Origin: Mycobacterium sp.
Lineage (GTDB): Bacteria; Actinomycetota; Actinomycetes; Mycobacteriales; Mycobacteriaceae
Reading direction: 5' to 3'
DNA length: 53,792 bases
Assembly: GCA_035492865.1 (NCBI GenBank)
Contig: DATJIX010000156.1
Span: 1-53,792 of the forward strand
The position numbers were made by a program, and so were the translations under genes. Under the pieces are notes generated by a model. It searched no databases. It was given only the letters and a program-made list of their open reading frames with translations, and had not been told where the DNA came from. Below, in pieces: positions 40,549 through 53,301 of this stretch (position 1 is its first letter; every line of letters begins with the position of its first letter).

Positions 40549-40560
40549 TAGTTTGTATTC

Positions 40561-43500
40561 GTGACAGCGGATCCGCAGCCGGTAATCCCCGCGCAATACC
40601 TGCTGTCTTCGTCTGCGCCAGAACCGCGGACGCTGATCGACATCCTGCACGACACGGCTGCTCGCTATCCCGATGCACCCGCGCTCGACGACGGCGAGGT
40701 CCAGCTCACCTATGCCGAGTTGATCGCCGATATCGAGGAGAGCGTCGAGTGGCTGGCCGCGCGCGGCATCGGCCGCGGCGATCGCATCGGCATCCGGATG
40801 CCGTCGGGCAGTTACGCGCTCTACGTGGCGATCCTCGCGACGCTCGCCGCCGGTGCCGCGTACGTACCGGTCGACGCCGACGATCCCGACGAGCGGGCCG
40901 AGTTGGTGTTCGGCGAGGCCGGCGTGGTGGGTGTCATCACCGATCGAGGGTTGGTCCGCGCGCAAGGCTCGTCGCGCGGATGGCGTGCGGGCGCGCCGCT
41001 TGGCCGCGACGACGCGTGGATCATCTTCACCTCCGGCTCCACTGGTACCCCGAAGGGCGTCGCGGTCACCCATCACAGCGCTGCCGCGTTTGTCGACGCG
41101 GAAGCGCAGATGTTCTTGCAGGACAACCCGATTGCGCCAGGGGACCGGGTGCTGGCCGGATTGTCGGTCGCCTTCGACGCGTCCTGCGAGGAGATGTGGC
41201 TGGCCTGGAGGCACGGGGCGTGCCTGGTGCCCGCGCCACGCTCGCTGGTTCGCAGCGGCATGGATCTGGGGCCGTGGCTGGTTTCGCGCGACATCACCGT
41301 GGTGTCGACGGTGCCGACGCTAGCGGCGCTGTGGCCCGCGGAGGCGCTCGAAGCGGTGCGGCTGCTGATCTTCGGCGGCGAGGCGTGTCCGCCGGAGCTC
41401 GCCGAGCGGCTGGCTGTCGAGGGACGCGAAGTGTGGAACACCTACGGCCCGACCGAGGCGACGGTGGTGGCGTGCGCGGCCCGGCTGGAGGGTGCGGGCC
41501 CGGTGAGCATCGGATTGCCGCTGCGGGGTTGGGATCTGGCGGTGGTCGACAAGGACGGATTCCCGGTGCGCACCGGCGATGTCGGCGAACTCGTCATCGG
41601 CGGCGTCGGACTGGCCCGCTACCTGGATCCGGTCAAGGACGCCGAGAAATACGCCGAGCTGCCCACGCTCGGATGGTCGCGGGCCTACCGCAGCGGCGAC
41701 CTGGTCCGGCTGGAGCCTGACGGCCTGTACTTCGTCGGCCGGGCCGACGACCAGGTCAAGGTGGGCGGGCGCCGCATCGAACTGGGTGAGGTCGACTCGG
41801 CGTTGGTGCATCTGCCCGGCGTCAGCGGCGGGGCGGCCGCGGTACGACGGACCACCAGCGGCACCCCCCTGCTGGTCGGCTACATCGCAAGCGCCGACCC
41901 GGCGTTCGACATCGCCAAGGCCCGCGCCACGCTGGCCGAGTCCCTACCCGCCGCGTTGGTGCCGAGGCTGGTGCTCGTCGATGAGCTGCCCACCCGCACA
42001 TCGGGCAAGGTGGACCGAAACGCGCTGCCGTGGCCTCCCCCTGGCGCGAGTGCCGAGGAAGAGCCCGACCTCGGCGGCACGATGGGATGGCTGGCCGGGC
42101 TGTGGCGCGAGGTCCTCGCGGCACCTATCGACGGCCCGGAGGCCGACTTCCATGCGCTGGGCGGGGGATCGTTGTCCGCGGCGCAGTTGGTGGCGGCGAT
42201 GCGACAGCGCTATCCCCAGGTCACCGTCGCAGATCTCTACGACCATCCCCGGCTCGGATCGCTGGCGGGTTATCTCGACGAGCTGGACCCGCCGCCTGCC
42301 GTCCAGACCCGCACCGTGAAGCCGACGCCTCGGTTGACCCAGGCCGCGCAGGTGGCCCTGTCCCTGCCGCTGGCCACGCTGACCGGGCTGCAGTGGGTGC
42401 TGTGGTTGGCTCTGCTCAACAATGTTGTAGTCGAACTACATCCGATGCCATGGCTGGTGCCGGTGAACTGGTGGTTCGTCGGCATCGGCTTCGCCCTGTT
42501 CATCACCCCGCTTGGCCGGATGTCGATCGCGGCGCTTGGCGCGCGGATCCTGCTCGGCGGCCTTCAAGCCGGCACGTATCGCCGCGGTGGCGCCGTGCAC
42601 CTGCGGGTCTGGCTGGCAGAGCGGTTGGCCGATGCCAGCGGCGCTGAGAACCTCGCCGGTGCACCGTGGCTGGTGTATTACGCCCGCATGCTGGGTAACA
42701 AGGTGGGCAAGGGAGTCGACCTGCACTCCGCCCCGCCGGTGACCGGGATGCTCAGCCTCGGGCACCGCGCCTCCATCGAACCCGAGGTGGACCTGTCCGG
42801 ACACTGGATCGACGGCGACCACTTCCACGTCGGCCCGATCACCGTCGGCAATGACGCCACCATCGGCGCCCGCACGACGCTGCTGCCCGGTGCCGTCGTT
42901 GGCAAGAACGCCGACGTGGCACCGGGCTCGGGTGTCGTCAGCAAGGTCAAGAACGGGCAGTACTGGAAGGGCTCGCCCGCGGTGAAGTCCGGCAAGGCCA
43001 AGCATCCGTGGCCGGACCATCGCCCGCGGCGCGCGCCGTTGTGGGTGGGCGTGTACGGGCTGACGTCGATTCTGTTGGGCGCCGTGCCGCTGGTGGCGCT
43101 GGCCGTCGGTCTGGCTGTGATCGGTTGGGCGGTCCGGGATGCCGCGTCGCTGACCGACGCGATCGCACCCGCGGCGCTGTGGACACCCGCGGCGACGCTG
43201 GCCGCGGTGGTCACGTATGCCGCGGCGACGGTTATCGGCGTGCGAGCGTTGTCGATGTGGATGCCCGAGGGTTATCACCCGGTGCGCAGCCGCGTCGGCT
43301 GGCAACTCTGGGCGACCGAGCGGCTGATGGATGCCGCGCGTAACTACCTGTTCCCGATCTATGCGAGCCTGCTGACGCCGTGGTGGCTGCGCCTGCTCGG
43401 CGCGAAAGTCGGACGGGGAACCGAGATTTCGACCGCGCTGCTGGTGCCGAAATTCACCGTCGTTGAGGACGGCGCGTTCCTGGCCGACGACACCATGGTC

Positions 43501-44484
43501 GCGTCCTACGAGCTGGGCGGCGGCTGGATCCATGTCGCGAAGGCGACCATCGGCAAGCGGGCGTTCCTCGGCAACTCGGGTATCACCCAGCCCGGACGGC
43601 GCGTCCCCGACGATGGTCTGGTCGCGGTGCTTTCCGCTGCGCCGCACAAGGCCAAGGCGGGTTCGTCGTGGTTGGGCAGCCCCCCGGTTCGGTTGCGCCG
43701 CAAGCCCACCGCGGCCGACGCACTGCGCACCTTCCACCCGTCGCTGCGCTTGAAGGTGCTGCGCGCGCTGGTGGAGACCTGCCGGATTATCCCGCTGATC
43801 GTGACGTTCGCGATCGGAGTGGCAGTGCTGTTCGCGGTGCAATGGCTGGCGGTGGAAGCCGGTTGGGTGTGGAGCGCGCTTGGCAGCGGCGTGGTGCTGC
43901 TGGCGGCGGGTGCGCTCGCAGGTGGTATCGCGGTGATCGCGAAATGGCTTGTGGTCGGCCGAATCAGGGCGATCGAGCACCCACTGTGGTCATCGTTCGT
44001 GTGGCGCAACGAAGTGTCGGACACCTTCGTCGAGTCGGTGGCGGCGCCATGGTTCGCCCGCGCCGCCAGCGGCACTCCTGTGATGAACCTGTGGCTGCGG
44101 GCACTGGGCGCCAAGATCGGCCGCGGCGTCTGGTGTGAGACGTATTGGCTGCCCGAGGCAGACCTCGTCACCCTCGAGAAGGGCGCGACCGTCAACCGCG
44201 GCTGTGTGGTGCAGACCCACTTGTTCCACGACCGGATCATGCGGATGGACACCGTTGTGCTGGAAGAGGGTTCGACGTTGGGCACGCACTGCGTCGCCCT
44301 GCCCGCCGCACGGATCGGCGCAGGCGCCACCGTCGGCCCGGCGTCGCTGGTGATGCGTGGCGACGAGGTGCCGCCGTCCACCCGGTGGCAGGGCAATCCG
44401 ATCGCGCCGTGGAACATGTTCCGCAAGAAGCGGGGCGACGCCCCTGAGCCACCGCCCAAGAAGACAGAAGCCAGCGCCGCGTGA
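40561..44484 (+). CDS. Pls/PosA-family single-module membrane NRPS (epsilon-poly-L-lysine synthetase-like)
   Basis: A domain (FTSGSTGTPKG, AFDASCEEMW, NTYGPTE, YRSGD, RIELGE, SGKVDR), T domain DFHALGGGSL, then TM pairs alternating with three hexapeptide-like domains; no C or TE domain. Confidence 0.93.
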   Translation: MTADPQPVIPAQYLLSSSAPEPRTLIDILHDTAARYPDAPALDDGEVQLTYAELIADIEESVEWLAARGIGRGDRIGIRMPSGSYALYVAILATLAAGAAYVPVDADDPDERAELVFGEAGVVGVITDRGLVRAQGSSRGWRAGAPLGRDDAWIIFTSGSTGTPKGVAVTHHSAAAFVDAEAQMFLQDNPIAPGDRVLAGLSVAFDASCEEMWLAWRHGACLVPAPRSLVRSGMDLGPWLVSRDITVVSTVPTLAALWPAEALEAVRLLIFGGEACPPELAERLAVEGREVWNTYGPTEATVVACAARLEGAGPVSIGLPLRGWDLAVVDKDGFPVRTGDVGELVIGGVGLARYLDPVKDAEKYAELPTLGWSRAYRSGDLVRLEPDGLYFVGRADDQVKVGGRRIELGEVDSALVHLPGVSGGAAAVRRTTSGTPLLVGYIASADPAFDIAKARATLAESLPAALVPRLVLVDELPTRTSGKVDRNALPWPPPGASAEEEPDLGGTMGWLAGLWREVLAAPIDGPEADFHALGGGSLSAAQLVAAMRQRYPQVTVADLYDHPRLGSLAGYLDELDPPPAVQTRTVKPTPRLTQAAQVALSLPLATLTGLQWVLWLALLNNVVVELHPMPWLVPVNWWFVGIGFALFITPLGRMSIAALGARILLGGLQAGTYRRGGAVHLRVWLAERLADASGAENLAGAPWLVYYARMLGNKVGKGVDLHSAPPVTGMLSLGHRASIEPEVDLSGHWIDGDHFHVGPITVGNDATIGARTTLLPGAVVGKNADVAPGSGVVSKVKNGQYWKGSPAVKSGKAKHPWPDHRPRRAPLWVGVYGLTSILLGAVPLVALAVGLAVIGWAVRDAASLTDAIAPAALWTPAATLAAVVTYAAATVIGVRALSMWMPEGYHPVRSRVGWQLWATERLMDAARNYLFPIYASLLTPWWLRLLGAKVGRGTEISTALLVPKFTVVEDGAFLADDTMVASYELGGGWIHVAKATIGKRAFLGNSGITQPGRRVPDDGLVAVLSAAPHKAKAGSSWLGSPPVRLRRKPTAADALRTFHPSLRLKVLRALVETCRIIPLIVTFAIGVAVLFAVQWLAVEAGWVWSALGSGVVLLAAGALAGGIAVIAKWLVVGRIRAIEHPLWSSFVWRNEVSDTFVESVAAPWFARAASGTPVMNLWLRALGAKIGRGVWCETYWLPEADLVTLEKGATVNRGCVVQTHLFHDRIMRMDTVVLEEGSTLGTHCVALPAARIGAGATVGPASLVMRGDEVPPSTRWQGNPIAPWNMFRKKRGDAPEPPPKKTEASAA

Positions 44485-45827
44485 CGAGGAGCAAGAAAGC
44501 CGCGAAGAAGGCCACCCCTCCCTGTATCGACCCCTACCTGCCCGAAATCGGCAACTTCGGATATCGGGTGTCGCGCTACGAACTCGACCTCGAATACAAG
44601 GTGGCGATCAACCGGCTCTCAGGGACCGCCACCATCACCGCGGTCACCCTCGCTGCGCTGCGCACCTTCACGCTGGATCTGTCGAACGCCCTTTCGGTGA
44701 CGAAGGTGTCCGTTAACGGCAGGCGCCCGGCCCAGTTCCGGTCGTCGGACGGCAAGCTACACATCGCGCTGCATCAGCCGCTACCCGCCGGGGCGGCGAT
44801 GACGATCGCGGTTCGCTACGGCGGCACACCGCGACCCATCCGCTCCTATTGGGGCGAAGTCGGTTTCGAGGAGCTGTCGGAGGGGGTGCTCGTCGCCGGG
44901 CAACCCAACGGCGCCTCGTCTTGGTTTCCCTGCGACGACCATCCGAGCGCCAAGGCCAGCTTCCGCATTCAGATCAGCACGGAGAGTCCGTACTACGCGC
45001 TGGCGAATGGCGAGTTGTTGTCCCGACGCGTTCGCGCGGGCATGACGACATGGACGTACGAGCAGGCGGAGCCGACGTCGACGTATCTGATCACGCTGCA
45101 AATCGGACCCTACGACCGTCATCGGATGGCCAAGAACGGTGTTCAGATGCACGCCGTTCTGCCGAACCGGTTGCGCGACAACTTCGATCAGGACTTCGCC
45201 GACCAGCCGAAGATGATGAAGCTGTTCGTCAAGCTGTTCGGGCCCTACCCGCTGGCCAGCGGATACACCGTGGTGGTCACCGATGACGACCTCGAGATTC
45301 CGCTTGAGGCACAAGGTATTTCGATCTTCGGTGCCAACCATTGCGACGGCAGCGGCGGCGCAGAACGGCTGATCGCCCACGAACTCGCCCATCAATGGTT
45401 CGGCAATTCCGTCACGGCCAAACGATGGCGGCACATCTGGCTGCACGAAGGCTTCGCGTGCTACGCCGAATGGCTGTGGTCCGAGCACTCCGGCGGACGG
45501 ACCGCCGACGAATGGGCACGTCACTACTACCAGCGGCTGGTCGACTCGCCGCAGGACCTGTTGCTGGCCGACCCCGGACCGCGTGACATGTTCGACGACC
45601 GCGTGTACAAACGCGGCGCGCTGACACTGCATGTGCTGCGCCAGCGCATCGGCGACGAGAGTTTCTTTGCGCTGCTGCGGGATTGGACCGCGCGCTACCG
45701 GCACAGCACCGCGGTCACCGACGACTTCACCGGGCTGGCGGCGAACTACGCACACGAGTCGCTGCGACCGCTGTGGGATGCGTGGCTGTACTCGCTGAAC
45801 GTGCCCGCCCTCGAAGGTCCGTCGTGA
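44481..45827 (+). CDS. M1 family zinc aminopeptidase (candidate polyamide-degrading enzyme)
   Basis: DPYLP..GN.GY, WFPCDDHP, HELAHQWFG...WLHEGFA (HExxH-x18-E), VYKRGA; GTGA overlap with the NRPS. Confidence 0.92.
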   Translation: MTRSKKAAKKATPPCIDPYLPEIGNFGYRVSRYELDLEYKVAINRLSGTATITAVTLAALRTFTLDLSNALSVTKVSVNGRRPAQFRSSDGKLHIALHQPLPAGAAMTIAVRYGGTPRPIRSYWGEVGFEELSEGVLVAGQPNGASSWFPCDDHPSAKASFRIQISTESPYYALANGELLSRRVRAGMTTWTYEQAEPTSTYLITLQIGPYDRHRMAKNGVQMHAVLPNRLRDNFDQDFADQPKMMKLFVKLFGPYPLASGYTVVVTDDDLEIPLEAQGISIFGANHCDGSGGAERLIAHELAHQWFGNSVTAKRWRHIWLHEGFACYAEWLWSEHSGGRTADEWARHYYQRLVDSPQDLLLADPGPRDMFDDRVYKRGALTLHVLRQRIGDESFFALLRDWTARYRHSTAVTDDFTGLAANYAHESLRPLWDAWLYSLNVPALEGPS

Positions 45828-47065
45828 CGGACGCGGCGCCCACGGGCCCGATCACGCGCGCCAGTGTGACGCGCGTCGGCACCGCGACGGTGTTGTCCGC
45901 GCTGTGCGGGTATGCGGTGCTGTACCTGGCCGCACGGGATCTCGAGCCGGCGGGTTTCTCGGTGTTCGGTGTGTTCTGGGGCGCGTTCGGGTTGGTAACA
46001 GGAGCAGCATTCGGCCTGCTGCAGGAGGCCACCCGTGAGGTGCGCTCGGCCCGCTACACCGAAGTGATTGCCGGACCCCGCACGCATCCGATGCGGGTGG
46101 CGGCGATGGTGGGCGTGGTTGCCGCTGTGGTGATCGCCGCGACGTCGCCGCTGTGGTCGGCGCATGTGTTCGTGGAGTCGCAGTGGCTGAGCGTCGCCCT
46201 GCTGAGCGTCGGGCTCGCGGGGTTCTGCCTGCACGCCACGCTGCTGGGCATGCTGGCCGGGGTGAACCGGTGGACCGAGTACGGATCGTTGATGGTGACC
46301 GATGCCGGTCTCCGAGTCGTCGTGGCGGCGACGACGTTCGTGCTCGGCTGGGGGCTGGTCGGATACCTGTGGGCGACCGTCGCGGGTGCGATCGCGTGGC
46401 TGATCCTGCTCATCGCGGCCCCCACGACGCGGGAGGCGGCGCGACTGCTGACGCCCGGCGGCACCATGACGTTCCTGCGCGGTGCCTCGCATTCGATCGC
46501 GGCAGCGGGGGCGAGCGCGATCCTGGTGATGGGCTTTCCGGTGCTGCTCAAGGCGACCTCCGGCGATCTGGGCGCCACGGGCGGCGTGGTCATCCTGGCC
46601 GTCACGCTGACCCGGGCGCCGCTGCTGGTGCCGCTGACCGCCATGCAGGGCAATCTGATCGCGCATTTCGTCGATCAGCGCACCGAACGACTGCGGGCGC
46701 TGGCGCAGCCCGCGCTGGTCGTGATCGGCCTCGGCCTGCTCGGCGTGCTGCTCGCGGGCGTGTTCGGGCCGTGGCTGTTGCGGGAGGGCTTCGGGGCCCA
46801 GTACCGGGCCGACGGCGAGCTGCTGGCCTGGCTGACCGGCGCGGCGGTGGCGATCGCCTTGCTGACCTTGACGGGGGCCGCCGCGGTGGCTGCCGCCCTG
46901 CACCGTGCTTATTCGCTTGGTTGGGTGTCCGCGACGGTCGCGTCGGCGCTGTTGCTGCTGTTGCCGGTGGAACTGGAAACCCGCACCGTGATCGCGCTGC
47001 TCTGCGGGCCGCTGGTGGGAATCGCCGTCCATCTGGGCGCGCTTGCCAGGGCGCCTCACAGGTGA
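45824..47065 (+). CDS. Rv3630-like polytopic membrane protein (flippase/MOP-like)
   Basis: About 12 TM segments, LLQEATREVR, AVTLTRAPLLVPL; upstream of ppgS as in M. tuberculosis. Confidence 0.82.
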   Translation: MTDAAPTGPITRASVTRVGTATVLSALCGYAVLYLAARDLEPAGFSVFGVFWGAFGLVTGAAFGLLQEATREVRSARYTEVIAGPRTHPMRVAAMVGVVAAVVIAATSPLWSAHVFVESQWLSVALLSVGLAGFCLHATLLGMLAGVNRWTEYGSLMVTDAGLRVVVAATTFVLGWGLVGYLWATVAGAIAWLILLIAAPTTREAARLLTPGGTMTFLRGASHSIAAAGASAILVMGFPVLLKATSGDLGATGGVVILAVTLTRAPLLVPLTAMQGNLIAHFVDQRTERLRALAQPALVVIGLGLLGVLLAGVFGPWLLREGFGAQYRADGELLAWLTGAAVAIALLTLTGAAAVAAALHRAYSLGWVSATVASALLLLLPVELETRTVIALLCGPLVGIAVHLGALARAPHR

Positions 47066-47077
47066 CCCTGTATTTTG

Positions 47078-47782
47078 ATGGGCATCGACACGCGCTACCA
47101 CGACGTCTGGATCGTCATTCCCGCCTTCAACGAGGCGAGCGTCATCGGCGACGTCATCTCTGACGTTCGCTCGGTTTTCGCCAACGTGGTGTGTGTCGAC
47201 GACGGCAGCCGCGACGACACCGGCGACGTGGCGCTTCGCGCAGGCGCGCATTCGGTCCGTCATCCGGTCAACCTCGGCCAGGGCGCTGCGATTCAGACCG
47301 GTGTCGAGTACGCCCGTCGCCAGCCCGGTGCAACGGTGTTCGCCACGTTCGACGCCGACGGCCAGCACCGCGTCAAGGACGTCATCCGGATGATCGACCG
47401 GCTGGCAGCCGACGACGTCGACCTGGTGGTCGGCACCCGGTTCGCCGACCCTGGCGTGGTCAGCCACACGCCGCTGTTGAAGCGGCTGGTGTTGCGCTCG
47501 GCGGCCGCGCTGAGCCCGCGCAGCCGCAAGCTGGGGTTGACCGATGCGCACAACGGCCTGCGGGTGTTCAACAAGAAGGTGGCCGACGGGCTCAACCTGA
47601 CCATGAGCGGCATGAGCCACGCCGATGAGTTCATCGCCCTGGCCTACGAAAACCATTGGCGGGTAACGGAAGAACCGGTCGAGATCCTCTACACCGAGTA
47701 CTCGATGTCGAAGGGGCAACCCCTGCTCAACGGTGTCAACATCATCTTCGACGGTTGGTTGCGCGGGAGGATGTCGCGATGA
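47078..47782 (+). CDS. ppgS: GT2 polyprenyl-phospho-N-acetylgalactosamine synthase (Rv3631-like)
   Basis: VIPAFNE, VDDGSRD, HPVNLGQGAA, TFDADGQH, DAHNGLR, YSMSKGQ; followed by a DUF2304 gene. Confidence 0.85.
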   Translation: MGIDTRYHDVWIVIPAFNEASVIGDVISDVRSVFANVVCVDDGSRDDTGDVALRAGAHSVRHPVNLGQGAAIQTGVEYARRQPGATVFATFDADGQHRVKDVIRMIDRLAADDVDLVVGTRFADPGVVSHTPLLKRLVLRSAAALSPRSRKLGLTDAHNGLRVFNKKVADGLNLTMSGMSHADEFIALAYENHWRVTEEPVEILYTEYSMSKGQPLLNGVNIIFDGWLRGRMSR

Positions 47783-48120
47783 ACTGGATTCAGGCGCTGC
47801 TGATCGTGTCGGTGCTGTCGCTACTGGTCTACCTGTTGCGATCACGCCGCAGCGCGCGGTCCAAGGCGTGGGTGAAGGTCGGATACGTGCTGTTTGTGAT
47901 CGCGGGCATCTACGCGATCCTGCGTCCGGACGACACCACCGTCGTCGCGAATTGGCTTGGCGTGGCGCGCGGTGCCGACCTGATGGAGTACGTACTGATC
48001 ATCGCGTTCGTGTTCACGACGCTGTCGGCCTACATGCGGTTCAAGGATCTCGAACTGAAGTACGCGCGATTGGCTCGCGCGGTGGCGTTGCAGACCGCGC
48101 GGGTACCCGACGAGGGCTAA
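47779..48120 (+). CDS. DUF2304 small membrane protein (Rv3632-like PpgS partner)
   Basis: MNWIQALL..., ANWLGVARGADL, ARLARAVAL; three TM helices; ATGA overlap. Confidence 0.88.
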   Translation: MNWIQALLIVSVLSLLVYLLRSRRSARSKAWVKVGYVLFVIAGIYAILRPDDTTVVANWLGVARGADLMEYVLIIAFVFTTLSAYMRFKDLELKYARLARAVALQTARVPDEG

Positions 48121-48701
48121 CTGAGCCCGCGCATCACCTCGATCAGCAGGTCGATCTGCTTGGCCTCGGCGTCGGGTTGCGGCAAGACCGGGCGGACGAG
48201 CGCGGCGCCGTTGAATGAGTTCGTGATGATCGCCACCAGCGTCGCGAAGGTCTCTTCGTCGAACCTGTCCGCACCAGGGAACGCTCTTGCGGTCTCGTGG
48301 ATGTTGACGGCGTACTCCGCCAGCATCGTCTGCAATGCGGCTCGCAGTTTCTCGTCCGTACGAGCCGCGACCATCAACTCGAAGATGACACTGTTGGTGG
48401 CGCTGGTCGTCGCCTCCCATTGAATCCGCACCGCTGCCTCGAGCGCCGCCTCGTCCGAGATCTCCGCAACCCGACTGGTGACGAATTCGAGCTGCCGTCG
48501 CATCACTTCCCGTGCGGTGGCCGTCATGAAATCGCTCATGGTCCGGAAATGGCGGAACAGCGCGCCGTCGGATACCTGCGCCCGCTTGGCGATCACCGCC
48601 GCCGAAGCCCGCGCGTAGCCCACCTCGATGATGGTGTCGATGCTGGCGTCCAGCAGCCTGGCGACGGTTTCCTCGCGGCGCTGCTGTTGCGTTCTGGCCA
48701 T
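48117..48701 (-). CDS. TetR family transcriptional regulator
   Basis: MARTQQQRREETVARLLDASIDTIIEVGYARAS..IAKRAQVSDGALFRHF. Confidence 0.92.
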   Translation of the reverse strand: MARTQQQRREETVARLLDASIDTIIEVGYARASAAVIAKRAQVSDGALFRHFRTMSDFMTATAREVMRRQLEFVTSRVAEISDEAALEAAVRIQWEATTSATNSVIFELMVAARTDEKLRAALQTMLAEYAVNIHETARAFPGADRFDEETFATLVAIITNSFNGAALVRPVLPQPDAEAKQIDLLIEVMRGLS

Positions 48702-48702
48702 G

Positions 48703-50484
48703 TCAGACAGGCATTTTGGTGCGCTGCCCGGCACCCGCCTTCAAGAACCGGCCGGACTTTGTGGTAGTCCCGTAGCCTTCGCGGAACTGGCCGTTGCGAT
48801 AGACCACCTCGCCGTTGACACCGGTCGCGACGACGGCGGCGTCGTTGCGGTTGACCATCCGGGACAGGCCGCCGTAGAACGGCACCTGCTCTTCGTGATA
48901 CTCGTTCACCGAGTCGTCGAGCCCGGCAGGATCGATCACGACGAAGTCGGCGCGCTCGCCTTCACGCAGCGTGCCTGCCGGGAGCCCGAACCAATCGGCG
49001 ACTTCGGCCGTCAGGCGGTGCACCGCATGGGCTGTCGTCATGAAGGGACGTCCGGCCAGCTCGGCATCGCGGACGCGCTTGAGCAATTTCACCGGGAAGT
49101 TGTAGAACGCCATGTTGCGCAGGTGCGCGCCGGCGTCGGAGAAGCCCATGTGAATCGACGGGTCGACGGCGAGGGCGTCCAGGTGCTTCGGCCGGTGGTT
49201 GGCGACGATCGTCGTCCAGCGCACGTTGCGTTCGCCGTTCTCAACGAGCACGTCGAGGAAGGCATCCAGCGGATGCAGGCCGCGTTCGTCGGCGATCTGC
49301 CCGAAGCTCTTGCCGATCAATGTCTTGTCCGGGCATTCGACGATGGTGGCGTCGTGAAAATCGCGGTGCCACAACGTCGGACCGAGCTTCTTACGGTCGA
49401 ACGAGCGACGGAAACGGCGGCGGTAATCCGTATCGGCGAGCAGCGTGTTGCGCTCGATCTGGTCGCGAAGGTGAAGCGCTGCGGTGCCTGCGCCGAACTC
49501 CTCGAACACCGGCAGGTCGATGCCGTCGGAGTACAGCTCGAACGGCACCGGCAGATGCTGGAACCGCACCAGCGAGTCGAGCACCTTGTTGAGAAGCCGT
49601 ACCCCTGGCCCGAATACGTGCACCGCGCCGGTCGCCGACTTGGCGTCGGCCGAAACCAGCAGGCTCATCCGAACGCCTGGACGACGGCCGAACATCCGGC
49701 TGCTGGTCAGGAAGAACATCAGCGCGGAGACCGGGCTCTTGGTGTTGGGGGCGCTCTGCAGGATGCGGCCGCGCTTGCGCAGCACCTTGATCAGCCTGCG
49801 GCGCTCGCGCCATGTGGCGAATGTCGATGGCAGAGCACGTGATCGGAAGCGGTCGCCGTCGAGCTTGTCGATCGGCGCGTCCATGCCCGACATGCCGAGC
49901 AAGCCCGCGTCGAGCGCTTGGTCCAGCAGTCGGGCCATCCGCTCCAGCTCGGCATCGGTCGGTCGGACGCCTTCGGTGGTCGCGCGGTCGAGGCCGAGCA
50001 CCGAGGTGCGCAGGTCCGAATGGCCAAGCATGGAACTGACATTCGGCCCCAGCGGGAGCTCGTCAAGGGTCTGGACGTATTCGGCCGGAGTCGACCACGT
50101 TTTCTTGGCCTCCAGGGCGCCGAGCACGAACTTGCGCGGCACCGCTTCCACCCGGCTGAACAAGTCGGCGGCGTCTTCGGTGTCCGCGTACACGGTCGAC
50201 AGCGAGCAATTGCCGAGCAGCAGCGTGGTGACACCGTGCCGGACGGACTCGCGCAGACCCGGATCGAGCAGCACCTCGGCGTCGTAGTGGGTGTGCACAT
50301 CGATGAATCCGGGGAGGATCCACTTGCCCGCCGCGTCGATCACGTCCGGGCAGCCGGTCTCGTCCAGCGGGCCACGGGACACCGAGGCGACGATGCCGTC
50401 GCGGATGCCGAGCGTGCGTACCTGCGGCGCGGCTCCGGTGCCGTCGAACCACAGACCATTGCGAATGACGACGTCGTAGGTCAC
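48703..50484 (-). CDS. N-acyl-D-amino-acid deacylase family amidohydrolase
   Basis: PGFIDVHTHYD, GVTT..GNC, SDAGAH, ADFVVIDP; directly upstream of a TetR (Rv2913c/Rv2912c-like pair). Confidence 0.88.
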   Translation of the reverse strand: MTYDVVIRNGLWFDGTGAAPQVRTLGIRDGIVASVSRGPLDETGCPDVIDAAGKWILPGFIDVHTHYDAEVLLDPGLRESVRHGVTTLLLGNCSLSTVYADTEDAADLFSRVEAVPRKFVLGALEAKKTWSTPAEYVQTLDELPLGPNVSSMLGHSDLRTSVLGLDRATTEGVRPTDAELERMARLLDQALDAGLLGMSGMDAPIDKLDGDRFRSRALPSTFATWRERRRLIKVLRKRGRILQSAPNTKSPVSALMFFLTSSRMFGRRPGVRMSLLVSADAKSATGAVHVFGPGVRLLNKVLDSLVRFQHLPVPFELYSDGIDLPVFEEFGAGTAALHLRDQIERNTLLADTDYRRRFRRSFDRKKLGPTLWHRDFHDATIVECPDKTLIGKSFGQIADERGLHPLDAFLDVLVENGERNVRWTTIVANHRPKHLDALAVDPSIHMGFSDAGAHLRNMAFYNFPVKLLKRVRDAELAGRPFMTTAHAVHRLTAEVADWFGLPAGTLREGERADFVVIDPAGLDDSVNEYHEEQVPFYGGLSRMVNRNDAAVVATGVNGEVVYRNGQFREGYGTTTKSGRFLKAGAGQRTKMPV

Positions 50485-50490
50485 GCAGCC

Positions 50491-53277
<2,787 letters not shown>

Positions 53278-53301
53278 TCCGGAGCTTGGGATAATGGGCC
53301 A

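Noticed and set aside
45746-47845. 699-aa minus-strand ORF and other Arg/Gly/Ala-rich alternative-frame ORFs across the window
   Set aside because: Low-complexity products of GC-rich off-frames that overlap well-supported genes.
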